64,000 bases of DNA, taken from Centroscyllium fabricii (Eukaryota). A program made the position numbers and the translations under genes. The stretch covers positions 151,838,001-151,902,000 of the forward strand of contig JBNRSN020000014.1 of NCBI GenBank assembly GCA_051313645.2. Direction: 5' to 3'. The notes beneath the pieces were generated by a model. The model was not told where the DNA came from. It was given only the letters and a program-made list of their open reading frames with translations, and searched no databases. This document shows positions 42,801 to 55,212 of this stretch, in pieces; position 1 is the first letter of the stretch; each line of letters starts with the position of its first letter.

Positions 42801-43865
42801 CGAAACACTTATTTACTGACCATGGTCGACGAATATTCCCGTTTTCCGTTTGCCTTTCCCTGCCCCAATATGCTGTCATCCACCGTTATCAGCTGCCTTG
42901 AACAGGTATTTTCTTTCTGTGGCATGCCGCCTTACGTTCACTCGGATCGGGGTCCTTCCTTCATGTCAGGAGAACTCAAGGCTTATCTCTCGGATCGGGG
43001 CGTTGCTACCAGTAAAACGACGCCTTATCATCCTGTCGGGAATGGGCAAATCGAACGGTATAATGGCATCATTTGGAATTCTGTACGTCTAGCTTTGAAA
43101 TCTCGGGGCTTGCCCATCCAGCAATGGGAAGCAGTACTCCCAGACGCATTGCATTCTACACGGTCCCTTCTTTCGACCGCCACGAATATGACTCCCCATG
43201 AACGATTCTTTCAATTCCAGCGTCGCTCATCCTCCGGGATCTCTCTTCCATCGTGGTTGACTACACCAGGACCGGTGTTACTCCGGAGACATGTCCGGGC
43301 ATCCAAGAATGACCCCCTTGTAGATGAGGTGGAACTGACTGATATCAACCCGACCTATGCATATATCCGATATCCTGACGGTCGGGAATCCACTGTGTCG
43401 TTACGGGATCTGGCTCCCTGCCCGCCGAAACTTACTGGGACACCTGGGGATGGTGATTTGCCAGGCGCATCTCTGTGCTCGCCAGGTACCCCTCACCAGG
43501 ATCTGGATCTGACGCCGGCTGGCACTTCACTCCAGGATACAAACCGGAGGCAGACCGACTATGAGCCCGTTGGGGCTCGCACACGCAGCCACGATCCACC
43601 ACATTCTACACGCCCAGAAACAAATCTACCACAGACCTACTCAACACCCGTTCGGGCTCAAACGCAAAGCCATGCTCTCCCAGACCCTTCACAGGGCGGG
43701 CCAGACCACACGGATTCTGATCAATGGCCCACGGCATTTAAACGGGCTAGAGACCCTCTATCACCATGTGAACCCAAACGGGTGCGACTCACCCTCATTC
43801 GATGGATACGTAATGAAGGGAGGATTCCGGCCTCCTACTCTTTTGGGAGGGAGGCGGCCTCCTAA
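39880..43865 (+). pseudogene. Gypsy gag-pol polyprotein, disrupted (pieces 39880-41928, 41913-42452, 42456-43865)
   Basis: Gag with two CCHC knuckles (CFFCGDEFHPRKFC; CSHCDKKGHFAKVC); protease LIDSGS; RT (RLCIDY, YPLPRID, DLKSAYHQV, LPFG, YLDN); RNase H (CDAS, EKEA, TDQ); integrase HHCC + DDE (SMDFKGP, HSDRG, GQIER). Apparent 2-nt CA insertion near 41881 and in-frame TAG at 42450-42452. Confidence 0.95.
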
Positions 43866-43871
43866 TCTTTT

Positions 43872-43883
43872 GGGAGGGAAGAA
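43872..43883 (+). promoter_or_regulatory. Polypurine tract (plus-strand primer)
   Basis: GGGAGGGAAGAA directly upstream of the 3' LTR TG. Confidence 0.9.
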
Positions 43884-44102
43884 TGTGATAATACAGAACA
43901 GCTTCTATCTGCTTACATCACTTCCGGGGACCAATGAACTTTTGTATGATGTCACTTCCTGTAACTAGCCCAGTATAAATACTGGGCTACTCACTATGAT
44001 TTAGTAAGAGGCATAGTGAAGACCTCTTTTGTATGTAGCACCTTTATAAGTTGATTAAAGCTTACCTTAAGTTCCTATCGTGTAAGTTTCATTCTTACAA
44101 CA
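43884..44102 (+). repeat. 3' LTR
   Basis: 217/219 identical to the 5' LTR; followed by the GAGAG TSD. Confidence 0.98.
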
Positions 44103-47100
44103 GAGAGTATTGACTGAGAGAGGATTGACTGAGAGAGGATTGACTGAGAGAGGATTGACTGAGAGATAACTGACTGGGAGAGGATTGACTGAGGGAGGAT
44201 TGACTGAGAGAGGACTGACTGAAAGAACTGACTGAGAGAGAACTGAACGAGAGAGGACTGACTGAGAGAGGATTGACTGAGAGACGATTGACTGAGGGAG
44301 GATTGACTGAGAGAGGACTGACTGAGAGACGATTGACTGAGAGAGGACTGACTGAGGGAGGATTGAGTGAAAGAGGATTGAATGAGAGAGGATTGAATGA
44401 GAGAGGATTGACTGAGAGAGGATTGACTGAGAGAGGACTGACTGAGAGAACTGACTGAGAGAGAACTGAACGAGAGAGGACAGACTGAGAGAGGATTGAC
44501 TGTGAGAGGATTGACTAAGGGAGGATTGACTGAGAGAGGAATGACTGAGAGACGATTGACTGAGAGAGGATTGACTGAGAGACGATTGACTGAGGGAGGA
44601 TTGACTGAGAGAGGACTGACTGAGAGAGGACTGACTGAGAGAGGATTGACTGAGAGAGGATTGACTGAGAGAGGATTGACTGAGGGAGGACTGAATGAGA
44701 GAGAACTGACCGAGAGAGAACTGACTGAGAGAGGATTGACTGAGAGAGGATTGACTCAGTGAGGATTGACTGAGAGAGGATTGACTGAGAGAGGACTGAC
44801 TGAGAGAGAACTGACTGAGAGAGGATTAACTGAGGGAGAACTGACTGAGAGAGGAATGACTGAGAGAGGATTGACTGAGAGAGGATTGACTGAGAGAGGA
44901 TTGACTGAGGGAGGGCTGACTGAGAGATGATTTACTGAGAGTGGATTGACTGAGAGAGGATTGACTGAGAGAGTACTGACTGATAGAGGATAGACTGAGA
45001 GAGGATTGACTGAGAGAGGATTGACTGAGAGAGGATTGACTGAGTGAGGATTGAATGAGAGACGATTGACTGAGAGAGGATTGACTGAGAGAGGATTAAC
45101 TTAGAGAGGATTGACTGAGAGAGGATTGACTGAGAGAGGATTGACTGAGGGAGGATTGACTGAGAGAGGATTGACTGAGAGAGAACTGACTGAGAGATGT
45201 TGACTGAGTGAGGATTGACTGAGAGACGATTGGCTGAGAGAGAACTGACTCAGAGAGAACTGACTGAGGGAGGATTGACTGAGAGAGGATTGACTGAGAG
45301 ATAACTGACTGAGAGAGGACTGACTGAGGGAGGATTGACTTAGAGATGATTGACTGAGAGAGGACTGACAGAGTGAACTGACTGAGAGAGAACTGAACGA
45401 GAGAGGATTTACTCAGAGAGAACTGACTGAGAGAGGACTGACTGAGAGACGATTGACTGAGGGAGGATTGACTGAGAGAGGATTGACTGAGAGAGGATTG
45501 ACTGAGGGAGGATTGACTGAGAGAGGACTGACTGAGAGAGGATTGACTGAGAGACGATTGAATGAGAGAGGATTGACTGAGAGAGGATTGAATGGGAGGA
45601 TTGAATGAGAGAGGATTGACTGAGAGAGGATTGACTGAGGTAGGATTGACTGAGAGAGGATTGACTGAGAGAGGATTGACTGAGAGAGGATTGACTGAGA
45701 GAGGATTGACTCAGTGAGGATTGACTGAGAGAGGATTGACTGAGAGAGGACTGACTGAGAGAGGATTGACTGAGAGAGGATTGACTGAGAGAGGACTGAT
45801 AGAGAGAACTGACTGAGAGAGAACTGAACGAGAGAGTACTGACTGAGAGAGGATTGACTGAGAGAGGATGGACTGAGGGAGGATTGACTGAGAGAAGACT
45901 GAATGAGAGAGGATTGACTGAGAGAGGACTGACTGAGAGAGGATTGACTGAGAGAGGATTGACTGAGGGAGGATTGACTGAGAGAGGACTGACTGAGAGA
46001 GGACTGACTGAGAGAGGATTGACTGAGAGAGGATTGACTGAGAGAGGATTGACTGAGGGAGGACTGAATGAGAGAGAACTGACCGAGAGAGAACTGACTG
46101 AGAGAGGATTGACTGAGAGAGGATTGACTCAGTGAGGATTGACTGAGAGAGGATTGACTGAGAGAGGACTGACTGAGAGAGAACTGACTGAGAGAGGATT
46201 AACTGAGGGAGAACTGACTGAGAGAGGAATGACTGAGAGAGGATTGACTGAGAGAGGATTGACTGAGAGAGGATTGACTGAGGGAGGGCTGACTGAGAAA
46301 TGATTTACTGAGAGTGGATTGACTGAGAGAGGATTGACTGAGAGAGTACTGACTGAGAGAGGATTGATTGAGAGAGGATTGACTGAGAGAGGATTGACTG
46401 AGAGAGGATTGACTGAGTGAGGATTGAATGAGAGACGATTGACTGAGAGAGGATTGACTGAGAGAGGATTAACTTAGAGAGGATTGACTGAGAGAGGATT
46501 GACTGAGAGAGGATTGACTGAGGGAGGATTGACTGAGAGAGGATTGACTGAGAGAGAACTGACTGAGAGATGTTGACTGAGTGAGGATTGACTGAGAGAC
46601 GATTGGCTGAGAGAGAACTGACTCAGAGAGAACTGACTGAGGGAGGATTGACTGAGGGAGGATTGACTGAGAGATAACTGACTGAGAGAGGACTGACTGA
46701 GGGAGGATTGACTTAGAGATGATTGACTGAGAGAGGACTGACAGAGTGAACTGACTGAGAGAGAACTGAACGAGAGAGGATTTACTCAGAGAGAACTGAC
46801 TGAGAGAGGACTGACTGAGAGACGATTGACTGAGGGAGGATTGACTGAGAGAGGATTGACTGAGAGAGGATTGACTGAGGGAGGATTGACTGAGAGAGGA
46901 CTGACTGAGAGAGGATTGACTGAGAGACGATTGAATGAGAGAGGATTGACTGAGAGAGGATTGAATGGGAGGATTGAATGAGAGAGGATTGACTGAGAGA
47001 GGATTGACTGAGGTAGGATTGACTGAGAGAGGATTGACTGAGAGAGGATTGACTGAGAGAGGATTGACTGAGAGAGGATTGACTCAGTGAGGATTGACTG

Positions 47101-50100
47101 AGAGAGGATTGACTGAGAGAGGACTGACTGAGAGAGGATTGACTGAGAGAGGATTGACTGAGAGAGGACTGATAGAGAGAACTGACTGAGAGAGAACTGA
47201 ACGAGAGAGTACTGACTGAGAGAGGATTGACTGAGAGAGGATGGACTGAGGGAGGATTGACTGAGAGAAGACTGAATGAGAGAGGATTGACTGAGAGAGG
47301 ACTGACTGAGAGAGGATTGACTGAGAGAGGATTGACTGAGGGAGGATTGACTGAGAGAGAACTGACTGAGAGAGAACTGACTGAGAGAGGCTTGACTGAG
47401 AGGATTGACTTAGGGAGAATTGACTCAGTGAGGATTGACTGAGAGAGGATTAACTGAGAGAGGACTGACTGGGGGAGAACTGACTGAGAGAGGACTGACT
47501 GAGAGCCGATTGACTGAGAGAGGTTTGACTGAGAGAGGATTGACTGATAGAGGATTGACTGAGGGAGGACTGACTGAGAGAGGATTTACTGAGAGAGGAT
47601 TGACTGAGAAAGGATTGACTGAGGGAGGATTGACTGAGAGAGAACTGACTGAGAGAGAACTGACTGAGAGAGGATTGACTGAGAGAGGATTGACTGAGGG
47701 AGGACTGACTGAGAGAGGATGTACTGAGAGAGGATTGACTGAGAAAGGATTGACTGAGGGAGGATTGACTGAGAGAGAACTGACTGAGAGAGGATTGACT
47801 GAGAGAGGATTGACTGAGAGAGGATTGACTGAGTGAGAAATGACTGAGAGAGTATTGACTAAGAGAGGATTGACTGAGAGAGGATTGACTGAGAGAGGAT
47901 TGACAAAGAGAGGACTGACTGAGAGGATTGACTGAGAGAGGACTGACTGAGAGAGGATTCACTGAGAGAGAATTGACTGAGAGAGGATTGACTGAGAGAG
48001 GATTGACTGAGAGAGGATTGACTGAGAGAGAACTGACTGAGAGAGGACTGACTGAGAGAGAACTGACTGAGAGAGAATTGACTGTGAGAGGATTGACTGA
48101 GAGAGGATTGACTGAGAGAGAACTGATTGAGAGAGGATTGACTGAGAGAGAACTGCCTGAGAGAGGATTGACTGAGAGAGGATTGACTGAGAGAGGATTG
48201 ACTGAGAGAGGATTGACTGAGAGAGGATTGACTGAGAGAGAACTGACTGAGAGAGTACTGACTGAGGGAGGATTAACTGAGAGAGGATTGACTGAGAGAG
48301 GATTGACTGAGAGAGAACTGACTGAGAGAGGATTGACTGAGAGAGAACTGCCTGAGAGGGGATTGACTGAGAGAGAACTGACTGAGAGAGAACTGACTGA
48401 GAGAGAACTGACTGAGAGAGGATTGACTGAGAGAGGATTGACTGAGGGAGGACTGGCTGAGAGAGGATTTACTGAGAGAGGATTGACTGAGAAAGGATTG
48501 ACTGAGGGAGGATTGACTGAGAGAGAACTGACTGAGAGAGGATTGACTGACAGAGGATTGACTGAGAGAGGATTGACTGAGTGAGAATTGACTGAGAGAG
48601 TATTGACTAAGAAAGGATTGACTGAGAGAGGATTGACTGAGAGAGGATTGACAAAGAGAGGACTGACTGAGAGGATTGACTGAGAGAGGACTGACTGAGA
48701 GAGGATTGCCTGAGAGAGGATTGACTGAGAGAGGATTGACTGAGAGAGGATTGACTGAGAGAGAACTGACTGAGAGAGGACTGACTGAGAGAGAACTGAC
48801 TGAGAGAGAATTGACTGAGAGAGGATTGACTGAGAGAGGATTGACTGAGAGAGAACTGACTGAGAGAGGATTGACTGAGAGAGAACTGCCTGAGAGAGGA
48901 TTGACTGAGAGAGGATTGACTGAGAGAGGATTGACTGAGAGAGGATTGACTGAGGGAGGATTGACTGAGAGAGAACTGACTGAGAGAGAACTGACTGAGG
49001 GAGGATTGACTGAGAGAGGATTGACTGAGAGAGAACTGACTGTGAGAGGATTGACTGAGGGAGGACTGACTGAGACAGGATTGACTGAGAGAGGATTGAC
49101 TGAGAGAGAACTGACTGAGAGAGAACTGACTGAGAGAGGATTGACTGAGAGAGGATTGACTAAGAGTGGATTTACTGAGAGAAGATTGACTGAGAGAGGA
49201 TTGACTAACAGAGGACTGACTGAGAGGATTGACTGAGAGGACTGACTGAGAGAGGATTGACTGAGAGAGGATTGACTGAGGGAGGATTCACTGAGAGAGA
49301 ACTGACTGAGAGAGGACTGACTGAGAGATGATTGACTGAGAGAGGATTGACTGAGAGAGGATTGACTGAGAGAGGACTGACTGAGAGAGGATTGACTGAG
49401 AGAGGATTGACTGAGAGAGAACTGACTGAGAGAGGACTGACTGAGAGAGAACTGACTGAGAGAAAATTGACTGAGAGAGGATTGACTGAGAGAGGATTGA
49501 CTGAGAGAGAACTGACTGAGAGAGGATTGACTGAGAGAGAACTGACTGAGAGAAGATTGACTGAGAGAGGATTGACTGAGAGAGGATTGACTGAGAGAGA
49601 ATTGACTGAGAGAGAACTGACTGAGAGAGAACTGACAGAGGGAGGATTGACTGAGAGAGGATTGACTGAGAGAGGATTAACTGAGAGAGGATTGACTGAG
49701 GGAGGACTGACTGAGAGAGGATTTACTGAGAGAGGATTGACTGAGAGAGAACTGACTGAGAGAGAAGTGACTGAGAGAGGATTGACTGAGAGAGGATTGA
49801 CTGAGAGAGAACTGACTGAGAGAGGACTGACTGAGAGGATTGACTGAGAGAAGATTGACTGAGAGAGGATTGACTGAGAGAGGATTGACTGAGAGAGAAC
49901 TGACTGAGAGAGGATCGACTGAGAGAGAATTGACTGAGAGAGGATAGACTGAGAGATGACTGACTGAGAGAGGGTTGACTGAGAGAGAACTGACTGAGAG
50001 AGAACTGACTGAGAGAGGATCGACTGAGAGAGAACTGACTGAGAGAGGATTGACTGAGAGAGAACTGACTGAGAGAGGATTGATTGAGGGAGGACTGACT

Positions 50101-52520
50101 GAGCGAGGATTTACTGAGAGAGAATTAACTGAGAGACGATTGACTGAGAGAGGATTGACTGAGAGAGAACTGACTGAGAGAGAACTGACTGAGGGAGGAT
50201 TGTCTGAGGGAGGATTGACTGAGAGAGGATTGACTGAGAGAGGATTGACTGAGAGAGGACTGAATGAGAGAGGACTGACTGAGGCAGGATTGACTGAGGG
50301 AGGACTGACTGAGAGAGGATTGACTGAGAGAGGATTGACTGAGAGAGAACTGACTGAGAGAGAACTGACTGAGAGAGGATTGACTGAGAGAGGATTGACA
50401 GAGAGAGAACTGACTGAGAGAGGACTGACTGAGAGGATTGACTGAGAGAGGATTGACTGAGAGAGAATTAACATAGAGAGGATTGACTGAGAGAGGATTG
50501 ACTGAGAGAGGATTGACTGAGGGAGGATTGACTGAGAGAGGATTGACTGAGAGAGAACTGACTGAGAGATGTTGACTGAGTGAGGATTGACTGAGAGACG
50601 ATTGGCTGAGGGAGAACTGACTCAGAGAGAACTGACTGAGGGAGGATTGACTGAGAGAGGATTGACTGAGAGAGAACTGACTGAGAGAGGACTGACTGAG
50701 GGAGGATTGACTTAGAGATGATTGACTGAGAGAGGACTGACAGAGTGAACTGACTGAGAGAGAACTGAACGAGAGAGGATTTACTCAGGGAGAACTGACT
50801 GAGAGAGGACTGACTGAGAGACGATTGACTGAGGGAGGATTGACTGAGAGAGGATTGACTGAGAGAGGATTGACTGAGGGAGGATTGACTGAGAGAGGAC
50901 TGACTGAGAGAGGATTGACTGAGAGACGATTGAATGAGAGAGGATTGACTGAGAGAGTATTGAATGAGAGGATTGAATGAGAGACGATTGACTGAGAGAG
51001 GATTGACTGAGGTAGGATTGACTGAGAGAGGATTGACTGAGAGAGGATTGACTGAGAGAGGATTGACTGAGAGAGGATTGACTGAGAGAGGATTGACTCA
51101 GTGAGGATTGACTGAGAGAGGATTGACTGAGAGAGGATTGACTGAGAGAGGACTGACAGAGAGAACTGACTGAGAGAGAACTGAACGAGAGAGGACTGAC
51201 TGAGAGAGGATTGACTGAGAGAGGATGGACTGAGGGAGGATTGACTGAGAGAAGACTGACTGAGAGAGGATTGACTGAGAGAGGACTGACTGAGAGAGGA
51301 TTGACTGAGAGAGGATTGACTGAGGGAGGACTGACTGAGAGAGAACTGACTGAGAGAGAACTGACTGAGAGAGGATTGACTGAGAGAGGATTGACTTAGG
51401 GAGGATTGACTCAGTGAGGATTGACTGAGAGAGGATTGACTGAGAGAGGACTGACTGGGGGAGATCTGACTGAGAGAGGACTGACTGAGAGACGATTGAC
51501 TGAGAGAGGTTTGACTGAGAGAGGATTGACTGATAGAGGATTGACTGAGGGAGGACTGACTGAGAGAAGGTTTACTGAGAGAGGATTGACTGAGAAAGGA
51601 TTGACTGAGGGAGGATTGACTGAGAGAGAACTGACTGAGAGAGAGCTGACTGAGAGAGGATTGACTGAGAGAGGATTGACTGAGGGAGGACTGACTGAGA
51701 GTGGATTTACTGAGAGAGGATTGACTGAGAAAGGATTGACTGAGGGAGGATTGACTGAGAGAGAACTGACTGAGAGAGGATTGACTGAGAGAGGATTGAC
51801 TGAGAGAGGATTGACTGAGTGAGGATTGACTGAGAGAGTATTGACTAAGAGAGGATTGACTGAGAGAGGATTGACTGAGAGAGGATTGACGAAGAGAGGA
51901 CTGACTGAGAGGATTGACTGAGAGAGGACTGACTGAGAGAGGATTGACTGAGAGTGGATTGACTGAGAGAGGATTGACTGAGAGAGGATTGACTGAGAGA
52001 GAACTGACTGAGAGAGGACTGACTGAGAGAGAACTGACTGAGAGAGAATTGACTGAGAGAGGATTGACTGAGAGAGGATTGACTGAGAGAGAACTGACTG
52101 AGAGAGGAATGACTGAGAGAGAACTGCCTGAGAGAGGATTGACTGAGAGAGGATTGACTGAGAGAGGATTGACTGAGAGAGGATTGACTGAGAGAGGATT
52201 GACTGAGAGAGGATTGACTGAGTGAGGATTGACTGAGAGAGTATTGACTAAGAGAGGATTGACTGAGAGAGGATTGACTGAGAGAGGATTGACTAAGAGA
52301 GGACTGACTGAGAGGATTGACTGAGAGAGGACTGTCTGAGAGAGGATTGACTGAGAGAGGATTGACTGAGAGAGGATTGACTGAGGGAGGATTGACTGAG
52401 AGAGAACTGACTGAGAGAGGACTGACTGAGAGAGAACTTACTGAGAGAGAATTGACTGAGAGAGGATTGACTGAGAGAGGATTGACTGAGAGAGAACTGA
52501 CTGAGAGAGGATTGACTGAG
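44103..52520 (+). repeat. 15-bp satellite array, block 2
   Basis: Same monomer and orientation as block 1. Confidence 0.99.
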
Positions 52521-53107
52521 TGACCGGGAGTGTGAGGGGGATCGGGGGAGATCGAGAGGGAGAAAGAGAATCCGACCCAGCGACCCGAAACACAGAGACT
52601 GGGTGAAAGATCGGTCCGGCCCCAGAGGTAAGGCCCAGGGCAGAGAGAACAGGAAAGCCCAAGGCCCAACACGAAGCAGGAAAGGGACCGAGAGAGAGAG
52701 TCCGAGTTCTAAACCAAGAGAGAGAGACAGAAAGAAGAAAGATCAAGACCGAGAGAGGAGTAAAAACTAGAGAGAAAAAACCACGAGAAAAGAAAAAAGA
52801 AAAATAACAAAATACTCGGAGAAAGAAACCGAGAGAGGCCCGGAGAAAAAAAAACACCCGGCACCAGGGCCTGAGACACGAGAGAGACCCAGAAAAGTGA
52901 GAGTCAACAAAAGGATGAATCCCTAAAATCCCTCACATTTAGTGTTTTTTTAGAATATCCAGTCTATAATCTAAGTACTCGCCAGGAACAGACGCCACAG
53001 CCGTTTCTCTGTAAAAGCAGAGATAAGCTCAACAGACTGAAAGCCAACACCAACAACTGAGGTATACTTAATATAACGTAACCGCATAGGCATACAACGC
53101 CATAAAC

Positions 53108-55090
53108 ATGCAAAAACAGCCGCCTATCGTATCTCTGCCTGCTGTGTCCGCAATAACGAACGGTAAAATAATATATCCAAACGGATTATCCAATTCAGCA
53201 ATGAAAACCTTCAAAATAAAAGTCTTGAAAGACAATCCTGAAACATTAGTTACAGATTTCAGCATGAAGAATAACCAAAAGACCAAATGCAACCTGATCT
53301 TTTACACCGAACACGCCAACAATTGGCACCAAGTGATAAATGACACATTTAAACACACAAGGAAAAATGGTATATGCAAAGGAAGGCAGATCACTGCATA
53401 CGAAGATCCAGAATTCACTACTTCCATCATAAGTATAAACATCTACCACAATGGAACCGTTATGATTCAAGGGTCTGAAAACAGCCTAGACAACTTTAGG
53501 AATAAATTCCAAGCCATAAAAAATACCGTGTCAAAGAGAAACACCCTTCCACAGCCAGATCCAAAGACACATATCAACCCTCCACAGCCAGAGCCAAAGA
53601 ACCCTAACAACCATACACAGCCAGATCCAACCAGCCACAACAACCCTCCACAGCCAAATTCAACCAGCCACAACAACCATCCACAGCCAGAGCCAGAGAG
53701 CCTTAAAAGCCCGCCCACCTCCAGCAATCACCCTCTGACAAACGCGGAACATACCACACATTGCCATAACAGCCCATCTACCTCTGACAATCACCCTCCG
53801 ACAATCGCCGAAAATATCTCAAAAGGCCATAACAGCCCATCTACCTCCAACAATCACCCTCCGACACCCGCGGAACACCCCCCCAAAATCTCCAACAACA
53901 ACAAGGAACTGAAAGAGGGGCTCTCTACCTTGGAGCGTGAATTCATAGATTTCAAAGAGAAAACACTGGCCACCCTCCAGAGGATCACAGACACGCAGTC
54001 AGAAAGGGGGACGGACACCAAGCTACAGCGACAGGAAGAAGAGTTAAAAGAACTCAAACAGACCATAAAACAGATGGAAGAGGACAACCAGGAAATGAGA
54101 ATAACGCTAGACAGAATGAAAGCAGAGCTCATCGTCCTCACCAACTCCAACATGAAACAGACACAGCATGGAGAAACCCAGAGGATAAGCGAGGAGCCAT
54201 GCAGAACTATACACTACACGCCAGCAGAAACAAAGACACACATCACTAACGCCAACACAGATACAGACCACCATCACAAGGACAAACCAAAAGATGGATC
54301 AAACACACCACTCAACACACAGGAAAAAAACACAGATATCTTATTTCTAGGGGACTCGAACGGCAAACACCTCAATATGAGGCGTCTTTTCCCAGGCAGA
54401 AGAACAGAAAAGATCTGGAGCCCCACCACGTCCACAGCCATGGAGGAGCTTGAACGGTCCAGCCATAATCCTCAAAAAGTTGAACATATCCTGATTCACA
54501 CTGGAACAAATGATCTGAACATGCAAATAGACATACCTCAAGCATTAAATCAGATAGCAGTGATAGCTAACACAAAATTCCCCACAGCAAGGATAACCAT
54601 ATCCACTCTGCTACCCAGAAAAGACACACAACAGCAGGTAATCAACAAAATTAACGATGATATCCTCAAAAGATGTGCCCAACTGCCCAACGTCCATGTG
54701 GCAAGACACGAACAGATAACACACCAGCACCTCCAAGACCGACTGCACCTCAACATGAGAGGCGTGAGTATATTGGCAAAGGACATCAAAGATATAGCCC
54801 TAAACCGGAACACAACCACCCAGTACATCAAGACCTCCCAACACACTAACACACCCGTCTACAGGGGCTCAAACCTTCCCAAAATGCAAAGAACCACCCT
54901 GCCCCAACTCGCCCTAACACATTCCCAGGTCCAGCAGCAACAATCACTCCAGCCAACAGCCCAGAGAGACAATTTTACCACTACAAATGCTAAGACAGTA
55001 AATCCCACACCTACCCAACTGCACCAAAATCAGATAAAAGACCTGATGGCCATCATCTGTGATAAAATATTAGACATAATATGGAAATAA
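53108..55090 (+). CDS. LINE ORF1 protein with coiled coil and SGNH/GDSL esterase domain (660 aa)
   Basis: Open 660-aa ORF; Pro/His/Asn-rich repeats; coiled coil (ELKELKQTIKQMEEDNQEMRITLDRMKAEL); SGNH blocks LGDSN (~54350), HTGTND (~54500), DRLH (~54740). Confidence 0.9.
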   Translation: MQKQPPIVSLPAVSAITNGKIIYPNGLSNSAMKTFKIKVLKDNPETLVTDFSMKNNQKTKCNLIFYTEHANNWHQVINDTFKHTRKNGICKGRQITAYEDPEFTTSIISINIYHNGTVMIQGSENSLDNFRNKFQAIKNTVSKRNTLPQPDPKTHINPPQPEPKNPNNHTQPDPTSHNNPPQPNSTSHNNHPQPEPESLKSPPTSSNHPLTNAEHTTHCHNSPSTSDNHPPTIAENISKGHNSPSTSNNHPPTPAEHPPKISNNNKELKEGLSTLEREFIDFKEKTLATLQRITDTQSERGTDTKLQRQEEELKELKQTIKQMEEDNQEMRITLDRMKAELIVLTNSNMKQTQHGETQRISEEPCRTIHYTPAETKTHITNANTDTDHHHKDKPKDGSNTPLNTQEKNTDILFLGDSNGKHLNMRRLFPGRRTEKIWSPTTSTAMEELERSSHNPQKVEHILIHTGTNDLNMQIDIPQALNQIAVIANTKFPTARITISTLLPRKDTQQQVINKINDDILKRCAQLPNVHVARHEQITHQHLQDRLHLNMRGVSILAKDIKDIALNRNTTTQYIKTSQHTNTPVYRGSNLPKMQRTTLPQLALTHSQVQQQQSLQPTAQRDNFTTTNAKTVNPTPTQLHQNQIKDLMAIICDKILDIIWK

Positions 55091-55212
55091 TAATGAATTT
55101 TCTTTTCTTTTTATAAACTAATAAAACAAATAAATATAAAAGCGAATGACTTTAGATTATAGATCGGATACTTCTTTGAAAACACTTCCAGCGAAGGAAA
55201 TAAGTTCATAAA

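Larger units (their letters stand above)
39578..44102 (+). mobile_element. Full-length Ty3/Gypsy LTR retrotransposon (4525 bp)
   Basis: Two 219-bp direct LTRs (TGT...ACA), GAGAG duplicated at 39573-39577 and 44103-44107, PPT before the 3' LTR, domain order gag-PR-RT-RH-IN. Confidence 0.98.

Noticed and set aside
39809-43092. Short overlapping ORFs within gag-pol on both strands
   Set aside because: Shadow ORFs of the polyprotein with no motifs.
43420-43865. Chromodomain at the integrase C-terminus
   Set aside because: The tail is Pro/Thr/Gln-rich and lacks the YLVKW-type aromatic signature.
43561-43968. 135-aa alternative-frame ORF as a possible env or accessory gene
   Set aside because: Overlaps the integrase tail and runs into the LTR; no signal peptide, transmembrane segment or recognisable motif.
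52628-52953. Possible intron in the LINE 5' UTR (AG|GTAAGG at 52628, GTGAGA at 52897, TTTTTTTAG ending at 52953)
   Set aside because: Short motifs that arise by chance; needs RNA-seq to support.
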